From an uncultured Rhodobiaceae bacterium (GTDB taxonomy: Bacteria; Pseudomonadota; Alphaproteobacteria; RS24): a stretch of DNA of 64,000 nucleotides. Position numbers and translations under genes: made by a program. The notes below the pieces were generated by a model that was not told the DNA's origin, searched no databases, and saw only the letters and a program-made list of their open reading frames with translations. Shown here piece after piece: positions 46,196-54,819 of this stretch (its first letter is position 1; each line of letters begins with the position of its first letter). The stretch is taken from the NCBI GenBank assembly GCA_963932545.1, contig CAWVRH010000010.1:5587-69586 (forward strand), given 5' to 3'.

Positions 46196-46934
46196 TCTGA
46201 AAAACATATCGGCTTTAACGCCTGAATCCACGACGCAAAAATCTATTTTGCATGACATAAGCTGTCGTTTTGAGGCAGGCCAAATCACCGCGATTGTGGG
46301 CCCCAATGGGGCGGGCAAAACCACTTTACTGCGCGCCGCCGCAGGGCTTGCGCCGCTGAGTGCGGGCTCTATTCATCTGGAAGGCTGCGATTGGAAAAAC
46401 CGGAAAACGCGGGCCCGAAATTTGGCTTATTTGTCACAATTTCAAAACATCGCTTGGCCGCTGGCCTGCCGCGATGTTGTGGCGCTGGGGCTTTTGCCCT
46501 ATGGGTTTCGCAATGATGAGCTGGTGATGGCGGCTTTGGCGCGCTGCCACGTTACGCAATTTAGCGACCGCCCAATTAATACGCTGTCGGGCGGCGAGCG
46601 GTCTCGGGTGTTTTTGGCGCGTCTGCTGGTTGCGAATGCGCCGTTATTATTGCTTGATGAGCCAACGCAATCTCTCGATGTTGCAGGCGCCATGGGGCTG
46701 ATGCACCTGTTGCGCGGCGCGGCGGATGATGGTGCGGCGGTTGGTGTGGTGATGCATGATTTAAATTTGGCCTTGGCGTTTTGCGACCATGTTCTGCTTT
46801 TGCAAAACGGCGTGCTGAAGGCGCAAGGCGCGCCGCGCGATGTCTTTACGCCGAGCCGACTTGAGCCTATCTTCGATGTTGAGTTTGATGTTATGGCGGT
46901 GGGTGAAGCCCAATACCTAATGCCGACAATGTAA
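46188..46934 (+). CDS. ABC transporter ATP-binding protein (BtuD/FecE-like)
   Basis: ATG 46188 overlaps the previous gene by 8 nt. Canonical GPNGAGKTT, LSGGERSRV, LLLLDEPTQSLD and VMHDLN. The track ORF start at 45735 is an out-of-frame shadow. Confidence 0.85.
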   Translation: MLDLKNISALTPESTTQKSILHDISCRFEAGQITAIVGPNGAGKTTLLRAAAGLAPLSAGSIHLEGCDWKNRKTRARNLAYLSQFQNIAWPLACRDVVALGLLPYGFRNDELVMAALARCHVTQFSDRPINTLSGGERSRVFLARLLVANAPLLLLDEPTQSLDVAGAMGLMHLLRGAADDGAAVGVVMHDLNLALAFCDHVLLLQNGVLKAQGAPRDVFTPSRLEPIFDVEFDVMAVGEAQYLMPTM

Positions 46935-46966
46935 TCGTATCGCCCCAATTTGCGAAAGGAAGCCCT

Positions 46967-47728
46967 ATGAGCCGCATCCAAATTGACAAGGTCACTAAGA
47001 GTTTTGGTTCCCTTAGAGCCTTAAACGGCATTAGCTTATCGCTTGAGGCAGGGCGTTCGTTAGCCTTGATTGGGCCAACAGCTGCAGGCAAATCGGTTTT
47101 GCTGAAATGCCTCGTTGGGCTTTATGGCACGGATGGCGGCACAATTTCCATCGATGGGGAAACCGTGGGCATCTCAGATGACCGCGCCGCGAGTTTGAAC
47201 GATCGCGTGGGGATGTTGTTTCAACAAAATGCTTTGTTTGACAGTCTGCCGGTATGGGAAAACATCGCCTTTCGCTTGATTGCCAATGGTATGGCGCGCG
47301 ACGAGGCACGCGCCGAAGCCGAAGCGCTTTTGCCCCGTGTGGGCCTGCCGGCCGCCAATGCTGATTTATTTCCCGCCGATTTATCGGGCGGCATGCAAAA
47401 GCGCGTGGGCTTTGCTCGCGCCATTGCCACCAAGCCCGATATTTTGTTGCTGGATAATCCAACGGCGGGTCTCGACCCTATTTTGTCGGCGCGGGTGGAT
47501 GATATGATTAGTGCTTTGGCGCGCGAAAGTGGCGCTTGTGTCATTTCCGTGACCAGCAATATGGTTGGCATCACCGAGGCTTATGACGAGATTGGTGTGA
47601 TGCACGAAGGCGAATTGCGCTGGCATGGTTCGGCCAAAGCGGCCGAGACCGATGACAATGCTTGGTTGCGCCAATTACTGGCCGGCAGCCGAGATGGCCC
47701 TATTTCAACACTGACAGCAGCAGCCTAA
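46967..47728 (+). CDS. MlaF-like ABC ATPase with degenerate catalytic residues
   Basis: Walker A GPTAAGKS, Q-loop FQQNALF and signature LSGGMQKRV are intact. Walker B reads ILLLDNPTAGLD (Asn where the catalytic Glu should be). The H-loop reads VTSN instead of V(T/S)HD. Confidence 0.8.
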   Translation: MSRIQIDKVTKSFGSLRALNGISLSLEAGRSLALIGPTAAGKSVLLKCLVGLYGTDGGTISIDGETVGISDDRAASLNDRVGMLFQQNALFDSLPVWENIAFRLIANGMARDEARAEAEALLPRVGLPAANADLFPADLSGGMQKRVGFARAIATKPDILLLDNPTAGLDPILSARVDDMISALARESGACVISVTSNMVGITEAYDEIGVMHEGELRWHGSAKAAETDDNAWLRQLLAGSRDGPISTLTAAA

Positions 47729-47760
47729 CCGCCGCCCCCGCTTAACCTGAGGAGAAAACG

Positions 47761-48408
47761 ATGTTTGGACTTGGAAAGAAAACCGAAATGATTGACGCCG
47801 CACAAAGTTTGCCGGGTCGGGATATGGCGCTGCCTGTGCCGGAAAAACATTTTATTCTGGGTAGCCAAATGGTGGCACCTTGGCCCGAGGGCATGGAAAC
47901 CATCATCGCAGGCATGGGTTGCTTTTGGGGCGCGGAACGCAAGTTCTGGAATGCGACCGGCGTTTATTCCACGCAAGTGGGCTATGCCGGCGGCTTTACG
48001 CCCAACCCAAGCTATGAAGAAGTTTGCAGCGGCCAAACCGGACATAATGAAGTGGTGCAAGTGGTGTTCGACCCAGCCCAAATTTCGCTCGATGGCATTT
48101 TGCAAGTGTTCTGGGAAAACCACGATCCAACGCAAGGCATGCGCCAAGGCAATGATGTGGGCACGCAATATCGCTCAGGCGTTTATTGCGTCTCAGCGGC
48201 GCAAAAACAGGCCGTGGAAGCCAGCCGCGACCGGTTTCAAACGGGTCTCTCCCAAGCGGGCTATGGCGCCATTACGACAGAGATTGTCGATGCGCCTGCG
48301 TTTTATTATGCCGAGGATTACCATCAGCAATATTTGGGTAAAAACCCCAACGGCTATTGCGGAATGGGTGGGACAGGCGTTGCCTGCCCCATTGGTATTC
48401 CTAGCTAG
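47761..48408 (+). CDS. msrA: peptide-methionine (S)-S-oxide reductase
   Basis: GCFWGAE active-site motif. 215 aa. SD GAGGAG. Confidence 0.9.
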   Translation: MFGLGKKTEMIDAAQSLPGRDMALPVPEKHFILGSQMVAPWPEGMETIIAGMGCFWGAERKFWNATGVYSTQVGYAGGFTPNPSYEEVCSGQTGHNEVVQVVFDPAQISLDGILQVFWENHDPTQGMRQGNDVGTQYRSGVYCVSAAQKQAVEASRDRFQTGLSQAGYGAITTEIVDAPAFYYAEDYHQQYLGKNPNGYCGMGGTGVACPIGIPS

Positions 48409-48411
48409 CGA

Positions 48412-50529
48412 TTAGTAATCGCGGGTAAAGCGCACCATCAAACGGCGGCCTTCGCCCGGGAAATACCGATTATTTCCGAACCATTTGTCGGCACGGGTTG
48501 CGTAGCCTTCGTCGAATAGATTATCGACGCGAAGGCTTACCGCGCTATCGCCAGACAGCATGTAATCGACGCCAAGTCCGAAGATGTCATGGCCCTCATA
48601 CTCGGCGGAGTTGGAAGCATCCATGAAATACTCACCGACATGTTCCCAAGTCAGCGATGCGTCGAGACGGGCGCTGGCTGTATAGGTCAGCTTGGTGTTG
48701 CCCAAAGTTTCGGGCGCGCCGTCGATGGTATTGCCGTCGGTGATGGTCTCGGCTTCTTGTCCATTGCTTGGATTGTTGTTGAATGCATACTCATGTTTTG
48801 CGTAGCTCAGGTTTGTTTGTAGCTCTACATTGTTGGCCAACAGCCATTTCAAGCTCAGCTCTAAGCCGCTGTGTTCTGTTTCTCCTTTTGCAACATAATT
48901 ATCACCTGAATCACGGAAGTGATAATTATCCTTTTGCATGAAGAATGCGGTCAACTCATAAGAAGCAGACGGGTAGATGGCGCGATAGCCAAATTCCAAG
49001 CTATCTAGAACTTCAGAGTCTATAGCGCTGATGTCTGGGTTCAGGCCATCATTGCTGGCGCCGAACCGTGTGTTATCGCGCAGGCGATATAGGTCGGTGA
49101 CTTGAGGCGCACGTGCTGCGCGGGCTAGATTGGCGAAAACACGGCGATTTTCCGCGAGCTCATGAACCAGACCAATTTTCGGTGAGATGTCCGAGAAGTC
49201 ATCTGAGCGGCTGGCTGGACGGAATAGATACTCACCTGTCTGGTTTGCATCCGTGTTGTCGCTGTCCGTTGCCTTGTTGGTGTAGTCGTAATCTGTCAGC
49301 TCCCAACGTAGGCCTGTGGTCAAGGTTGTGTTGGTGCCCAAGGCCCAAACGGCATGCAGATAAGGCGCGATAACTTGGGCGTCGACTTCAAAATCATAGT
49401 GCGTGCCTTGCGCGTATTTTGTGCCGAAGACATTTGGTCCCGACTGAATTTCGCTCAACTCGCCCTTTGTTAACTCAACGTCGATGCCAGCAATATACTC
49501 AACATTGGCCGCAGTGCGCGCATAGGCAGTTTGCAGTCCAATACTTGTATGGCTGTTGTGCTCTGTTGCTTTGCCTGGCAGAAAATGCATCAAGAACGTC
49601 ATGTCATTGCTGCGCGCGTAAGGCGTCAGCGTTAGCGTTGCCCCATCGTCTAGCTTGCTGGTCATGCGTAAGTAAGACCGATAAGCTTCGGAATCCCGAT
49701 AAGCTTCGGGATTTGGGTTAGATTTAGCGCAATCTTCAACTTTGTAGGCTTCAATTGTGCCGTCTCCGCAATCTTCGGTTTTCACGTAGCCAGCGGTCTC
49801 TTGATTGAGGTTCATAGCCGATAGCGAGAAACGATACTCGGTGTCGGCTTTTTTCCATTCGCTTTCCACGCGGGCTTTTTGCTGGCCAAAACTTTGTTCA
49901 TCGCGATAGCCGTCTTCCTCGCCGTTGAGGTCTAGGGCCACGCGCGAGGTGAAGCCTTCATGGGTTTGCGATGACATAAGGCCAAGCGCGTGGCGGCCAT
50001 AGGAGCCAGCGGAAACATCTACAGATCGTGCGGCATCGTCAAGCGGAGCGGCGATGAAGTTAATCAGACCATGCACGGCGTTGGAGCCATAAAGCGCCGA
50101 GCCGGGCCCGCGCACAATTTCGACGCTGCCGTCATTTTGAGGGTGGGCATCCATGAGCGCGTTTACATTGGCAAAGCCAGGTGCGCGCATAGGAATTCCG
50201 TCTTCTAGATAAAGAAACGAGCCTGCGCCCGCGCCGCCGACTAAGACAGGGGAGCGAATGGCGGTGAGATGCTCTTGGCCGCTGCCGCGGTGAATGTGAA
50301 CGCCGGGCGCGGTGTTGAGTAATTCAACGGGAAATAAAGAGATGCTTTCGGATGGGTCAAGCGTGGCGATATTGCCCGGATTGTCTAACCGCAAGCTAGG
50401 GGTGCGCGTGGTGGTGACAACAACTTCGTCGATACCTTCGTTTTGCGCCTGTGCGGGCAAATAAGCACCGCTCAAGAGGGCCGCTAAGAAAGCGGTTTTC
50501 ACACTTATTTTCGTGATATTCATTCGCAT
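48412..50529 (-). CDS. TonB-dependent receptor
   Basis: Signal peptide. TonB box DEVVVTTTR. Plug motif VEIVRGPGSALYGSNAVHG. C-terminal RFTRDY. Confidence 0.85.
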   Translation of the reverse strand: MRMNITKISVKTAFLAALLSGAYLPAQAQNEGIDEVVVTTTRTPSLRLDNPGNIATLDPSESISLFPVELLNTAPGVHIHRGSGQEHLTAIRSPVLVGGAGAGSFLYLEDGIPMRAPGFANVNALMDAHPQNDGSVEIVRGPGSALYGSNAVHGLINFIAAPLDDAARSVDVSAGSYGRHALGLMSSQTHEGFTSRVALDLNGEEDGYRDEQSFGQQKARVESEWKKADTEYRFSLSAMNLNQETAGYVKTEDCGDGTIEAYKVEDCAKSNPNPEAYRDSEAYRSYLRMTSKLDDGATLTLTPYARSNDMTFLMHFLPGKATEHNSHTSIGLQTAYARTAANVEYIAGIDVELTKGELSEIQSGPNVFGTKYAQGTHYDFEVDAQVIAPYLHAVWALGTNTTLTTGLRWELTDYDYTNKATDSDNTDANQTGEYLFRPASRSDDFSDISPKIGLVHELAENRRVFANLARAARAPQVTDLYRLRDNTRFGASNDGLNPDISAIDSEVLDSLEFGYRAIYPSASYELTAFFMQKDNYHFRDSGDNYVAKGETEHSGLELSLKWLLANNVELQTNLSYAKHEYAFNNNPSNGQEAETITDGNTIDGAPETLGNTKLTYTASARLDASLTWEHVGEYFMDASNSAEYEGHDIFGLGVDYMLSGDSAVSLRVDNLFDEGYATRADKWFGNNRYFPGEGRRLMVRFTRDY

Positions 50530-50557
50530 GGTGATGGTTCCCTTAAGGTTATGCCGG

Positions 50558-51514
50558 CTATGCTGTGCCGATACGAAGTAAGTCTAGGACACGAATAAGC
50601 CCGATGGGCTGATTGTCGTCACAGACAAATAAACATTGTATTTTGCGTTCTTGCATTAAGTTCAAAGCTTCTGCCGTCATCTCTCGCCCCGTGATGGTTT
50701 GCGGGTCGGGGGTCATAATATCGCTGACGGTTTGGTTCAGTAAATCTGGGCTCATGTGACGACGTAAATCGCCATCGGTAATAATGCCGGACAAATCGCC
50801 ATTCGAGGCGGTGACGCCAAGGCAGCCAAAGCCTCTCTCGGTCATTACCACGAGGGCTTCGTCCATTTTTAAATCTGCTGCAACCAGCGGCAAGTCGGGG
50901 GCTTTGTGCATCACATCGTGCACGCGGCTGAGGCTCGCGCCCAATTTGCCGCCCGGATGAAAGTTTTTAAAATCGGAGGCTGAGAAGTCGCGCCTTTCCA
51001 GCAAGGCCACCGCCAGCGCATCGCCCAAGGCAAGCTGCATGGTGGTGGAGGTGGTGGGAGCCAACCCATTGGGACAGGCTTCTTTCGCTTTGGGTAGCTC
51101 AAGGCAAATATTGGCGCTTAACCCAAGCGCACTGTCCTTGTTGGAGGTAATGGCGATGAGCGGAATGTTGAAGCGTTTGGTGTAATGCAAAAGGCCCGAT
51201 AGCTCTTGCGTGCCACCAGACCAAGAAAGACCTAGCACGACATCGTCTTGGGTAATCATGCCGAGGTCGCCATGGCTGGCTTCGGCTGGATGGACGAATT
51301 GCGCGGGCGTGCCCGTGGAGGCCATGGTGGCCGTAATTTTATTGGCGATATGGCCGCTTTTGCCCATGCCAGAAACAATCACACGACCCTTCGCCCCCGC
51401 CAAAAGCTCGACCGCAGCGACAAATTCATCGCCTAAGGATTTCGATAAAAGGGTAAGCCCTTCGGCTTCCGCAGCAAGTGTGTTCTGGGCAGAATTAAGG
51501 GCATCAGTTGGCAT
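50558..51514 (-). CDS. kpsF: KpsF/GutQ-family arabinose-5-phosphate isomerase
   Basis: SIS domain GRVIVSGMGKSGHIANKI followed by two CBS repeats. Confidence 0.85.
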   Translation of the reverse strand: MPTDALNSAQNTLAAEAEGLTLLSKSLGDEFVAAVELLAGAKGRVIVSGMGKSGHIANKITATMASTGTPAQFVHPAEASHGDLGMITQDDVVLGLSWSGGTQELSGLLHYTKRFNIPLIAITSNKDSALGLSANICLELPKAKEACPNGLAPTTSTTMQLALGDALAVALLERRDFSASDFKNFHPGGKLGASLSRVHDVMHKAPDLPLVAADLKMDEALVVMTERGFGCLGVTASNGDLSGIITDGDLRRHMSPDLLNQTVSDIMTPDPQTITGREMTAEALNLMQERKIQCLFVCDDNQPIGLIRVLDLLRIGTA

Positions 51515-51555
51515 GGAAACTCCTGTGTGGGGGGCATTATGCCTAAAACCACTAG

Positions 51556-52446
51556 CTAATCAAGTAGACGGCGCAGCTTGGATTGCAAACTTATGTTGCC
51601 ACTCTCTTGGGCTTGGGCCAGCGAGAAAGCTACGTTGGCTTCTAAAAACCCGTCTCGATTTCCGCAGTCATAGCGCGTGCCTTGAAAGCGCAGCCCATGC
51701 AGGGGCATATGAGCGATTAACTGGCTCATCGCATCGGTGATTTGAAATTCCCCGCCGGCACCCGTTTCACCTGCCGCAATCGTGCGCGAGAGCGTGTTCA
51801 TAATCTCGGCGTCGAAAATATAGCGGCCAATAATCGCCAGTGTCGAGGGTGCCTCGGCCGGGGCTGGCTTTTCTACCAGTGCTTTAATTTCAACCAAACC
51901 ATCGGCCTCGCGAGCGGGGTCTACGACGCCATAGCGGTGGGTTTGGTCGGCGGGGACATTTTCTACGGCCACGAGATTGCCGCCAAGGCGGGCGTGCGCT
52001 TGCACCATTTGCGTCAGACATCCGACGCTATGCTGCACCATATCGTCTGGCAGAATAACCGCAAAAGGCGCCTCGCCCACGGCCTCTCGGGCGCACCAGA
52101 TGGCATGCCCCAAGCCTAAGGGTTGGTCTTGGTGGACTTCGATAAGCTCCGCATTTTCGGGCAGGCCAGCTTTTAAAAGGTCTAGCTCTTGCGTTTTGCC
52201 GCGCGCCTTCAATGTGTCGGCGTAATGTGGCGCGGGCGAAAAATGCTTCATAATCGCGCCCTTCTCGGGGGCTGTGACAAAAATAAACCGCGTGCAGCCA
52301 GCCGCTGCGGCTTCTTCTACCGCCCATTGAATAAGCGGTTTATCGACCACGGGGAGCATTTCTTTCGGCACAGCTTTGGTGGCTGGCAAGAAGCGGGTGC
52401 CGAGGCCAGCCACGGGAAAAACGACGGTGTTCATTTTAGCGGTCAT
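51556..52446 (-). CDS. galU: UTP--glucose-1-phosphate uridylyltransferase
   Basis: VVFPVAGLGTRFLPATKAVPKEMLPVVDKPLIQ. Confidence 0.85.
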   Translation of the reverse strand: MTAKMNTVVFPVAGLGTRFLPATKAVPKEMLPVVDKPLIQWAVEEAAAAGCTRFIFVTAPEKGAIMKHFSPAPHYADTLKARGKTQELDLLKAGLPENAELIEVHQDQPLGLGHAIWCAREAVGEAPFAVILPDDMVQHSVGCLTQMVQAHARLGGNLVAVENVPADQTHRYGVVDPAREADGLVEIKALVEKPAPAEAPSTLAIIGRYIFDAEIMNTLSRTIAAGETGAGGEFQITDAMSQLIAHMPLHGLRFQGTRYDCGNRDGFLEANVAFSLAQAQESGNISLQSKLRRLLD

Positions 52447-52588
52447 GGGCGGCTCGGTTTATCCTTATGGGGCTTAGATAGCCTGCTTGTGATGGTATGA
52501 ATCGGATATAGTTTAGGCTAATTCTGCGTCCGTTCAAGTTTGCTCCACACAACTGTATAAGCAAATACCTATTTCAAGGAGATTTAAT

Positions 52589-53776
52589 GTGCGTTCGGTG
52601 ATTTGTTTCCCTCTCATCTTGGCCCTATTTGGAGCTAGCCCGCTGCAGGCGGCAGATGAGACGTTTTCGCAATTCATCCGCGAGGTTAAATTAGAGGCTA
52701 AGAAAAAAGGTATTTCAGAAAAATACGTCAACGTGTTGGATGGACTGACGCCCGATCCGGAAATTTTGCGGTTGGCGGCTCGCCAGCCTGAATTTGTGAA
52801 ACCAATTTGGGCCTATTTGCTTCAAATGGTAACCCCGGAACGTCTTGCGCTAGGTCGCGCGCAATTGGCGGAACGCGAAGCGTTTTTGGCAAAATTAGAA
52901 GAAAAATACGGCGTGCCGCGCACGATATTAGTGGCAATTTGGGGTGTTGAGACCAATTATGGCGGCAATAAAGGTAGCCATTCTGTGCTGCAAGCCTTGG
53001 CCACTTTGGGCTATACGGGCAAGCGCGCCGAATTTGGCCGACAGCAATTGCTCGCAGCTTTGAAAATTTTGCAATCTGGCGATGTCGAGCTGACCGACTT
53101 TAAAGGCAGCTGGGCAGGCGCCATGGGCCATACGCAATTCATTCCTACGACTTATGAAGGCTATGCCGCCGATGGCTCGGGCGACGGCGTGCGCGATATA
53201 TGGGCAGAGCCGAAAGATGCGCTCGCCTCGAGCGCCAACTACCTCAAACGGATGGGATGGAGCCGCGGGTTGGAATGGGGCTTTGAGGTGCAAGTGCCCG
53301 TCGATATGGATTTCTCTGTCGCGAGCCTGAAGCAGCCCAAACCAGCCGCTTTTTGGCGCGATATGGGGGTGTCTGCACCGTCTCGCGAAATTTCTGATGG
53401 GCTGGGGGACATCTCTTTGTTTGCGCCTACGGGGGCTCGTGGCCCGATTTTCTTGGTGACCAAAAACTTCCGCGCTTTGCTGCGCTATAATACAGCGCCT
53501 GCCTATGCGCTGGCGGTGGCGCATTTGGGCGACCGGTTTACACGGGAAGCTCCTTTTACAAGCAAATGGCCGATGGCAGATCGCCCGCTTTTGCCAAAAG
53601 AGATTTCGACTATGCAGAGCGCGTTGATGGCCAATGGCTTTGATGTCGGCGGTGTTGATGGTCTGATGGGAAGCAAAACCGCGGCGGCAGTGCGCGCCTT
53701 CCAAAAATCTCGCAAGCTCATTGTTGATGGTTATGCGACGCCGGGCATATTGATGCAGCTGCGAGACGCAAAATAG
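52589..53776 (+). CDS. lytic murein transglycosylase (MltB-like) with a C-terminal peptidoglycan-binding domain
   Basis: GTG start after AAGGAG. Signal peptide. IWGVETNYG and GAMGHTQFIPTTY motifs. C-terminal PG_binding-like repeat LMGSKTAAAVRAFQ. Confidence 0.8.
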   Translation: MRSVICFPLILALFGASPLQAADETFSQFIREVKLEAKKKGISEKYVNVLDGLTPDPEILRLAARQPEFVKPIWAYLLQMVTPERLALGRAQLAEREAFLAKLEEKYGVPRTILVAIWGVETNYGGNKGSHSVLQALATLGYTGKRAEFGRQQLLAALKILQSGDVELTDFKGSWAGAMGHTQFIPTTYEGYAADGSGDGVRDIWAEPKDALASSANYLKRMGWSRGLEWGFEVQVPVDMDFSVASLKQPKPAAFWRDMGVSAPSREISDGLGDISLFAPTGARGPIFLVTKNFRALLRYNTAPAYALAVAHLGDRFTREAPFTSKWPMADRPLLPKEISTMQSALMANGFDVGGVDGLMGSKTAAAVRAFQKSRKLIVDGYATPGILMQLRDAK

Positions 53777-53850
53777 TCGCATAGTCCCCGCAGCCCTGCA
53801 TAGTCCTGCAAAGGCTAGTAAAGCCGTGGTTTTATGTTATCTTCCTGCCC

Positions 53851-54810
53851 ATGAGTGAGATGAAAAACGAGGCGCAAGACGCCATTGAAGCGATTTTGGC
53901 GGGCTATGAAAAGCTTGGCTATATCAGTGATGAACAAATTGCGACGGCGCTTTTTCTGGCCCAGAAGCTAGAAAAACCGCTTTTGGTAGAAGGCCCACCA
54001 GGTGTGGGTAAAACCGAATTAGCCAAGGCGACTGCCGAGTATCTCGGCCTCGATATGATTCGCCTACAGTGTTATGAGGGGCTGGACGAGAGCAAGGCGC
54101 TTTATGAATGGCAATATGGCAAGCAATTGCTCTACACCCAAGTTTTGAAAGAGAAGCTCGGAGATTTGATGGAAGGCACCTCGTCATTGGATGAGAGCAT
54201 GGCTCGCCTGAATAATTTCGAAGATGTGTTTTTCTCTGAACAGTTTTTGCAAACGCGGCCTTTGCTGCAAGCTCTGCAAAATGAAAACGGCGCTGTTTTG
54301 CTAATCGATGAAATTGATAAATCAGATGATGAGTTCGAGGCTTTCTTGCTGGAAATTCTATCCGATTATCAAATCTCTATTCCAGAGCTGGGCACGGTAA
54401 AAGCCAAGAAAACACCTTTGGTGTTTTTGACGTCGAACAATACGCGCGAAATTGGCGATGCTTTGAAACGTCGTTGTTTGCATTTGTATATTCCGTTTCC
54501 CGATGCGCTGCGCGAGAACGCTATCTTGCAGGCCCGTGTGCCGGAGCTGAACCAGCAATTGCGCGATAATATTGTGAACTTTGTGCAAGCGGTGCGTCAG
54601 ATGGATTTGAAAAAACCGCCTGCGGTCAGCGAGACGATTGATTGGGCACGCACGGTTGTGCTTTTGAATATCAGCGTCTTGGATGCGGAGTTTATTCGCA
54701 ATACGCTGAACGTTTTGCTGAAATTTCGTTCGGACATTGAAAATGTCGAGGGCGAGATTGCACGGTTGATGCGCGAAACCAAGCTCACGCCTGACACGCC
54801 GATACAATAG
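53851..54810 (+). CDS. MoxR/CoxD-like AAA+ ATPase
   Basis: Walker A GPPGVGKT and Walker B LLIDEIDK. 319 aa. Confidence 0.85.
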   Translation: MSEMKNEAQDAIEAILAGYEKLGYISDEQIATALFLAQKLEKPLLVEGPPGVGKTELAKATAEYLGLDMIRLQCYEGLDESKALYEWQYGKQLLYTQVLKEKLGDLMEGTSSLDESMARLNNFEDVFFSEQFLQTRPLLQALQNENGAVLLIDEIDKSDDEFEAFLLEILSDYQISIPELGTVKAKKTPLVFLTSNNTREIGDALKRRCLHLYIPFPDALRENAILQARVPELNQQLRDNIVNFVQAVRQMDLKKPPAVSETIDWARTVVLLNISVLDAEFIRNTLNVLLKFRSDIENVEGEIARLMRETKLTPDTPIQ

Positions 54811-54819
54811 GTCTATCCG

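Noticed and set aside
47792-48415. A 207-aa alternative frame overlapping msrA
   Set aside because: The 47761 frame carries the GCFWG active site. The alternative has no motifs.
52928-53782. A 284-aa ORF antisense to the lytic transglycosylase
   Set aside because: Its composition is Arg- and His-rich and typical of an antisense frame. The plus-strand product has diagnostic MltB motifs.
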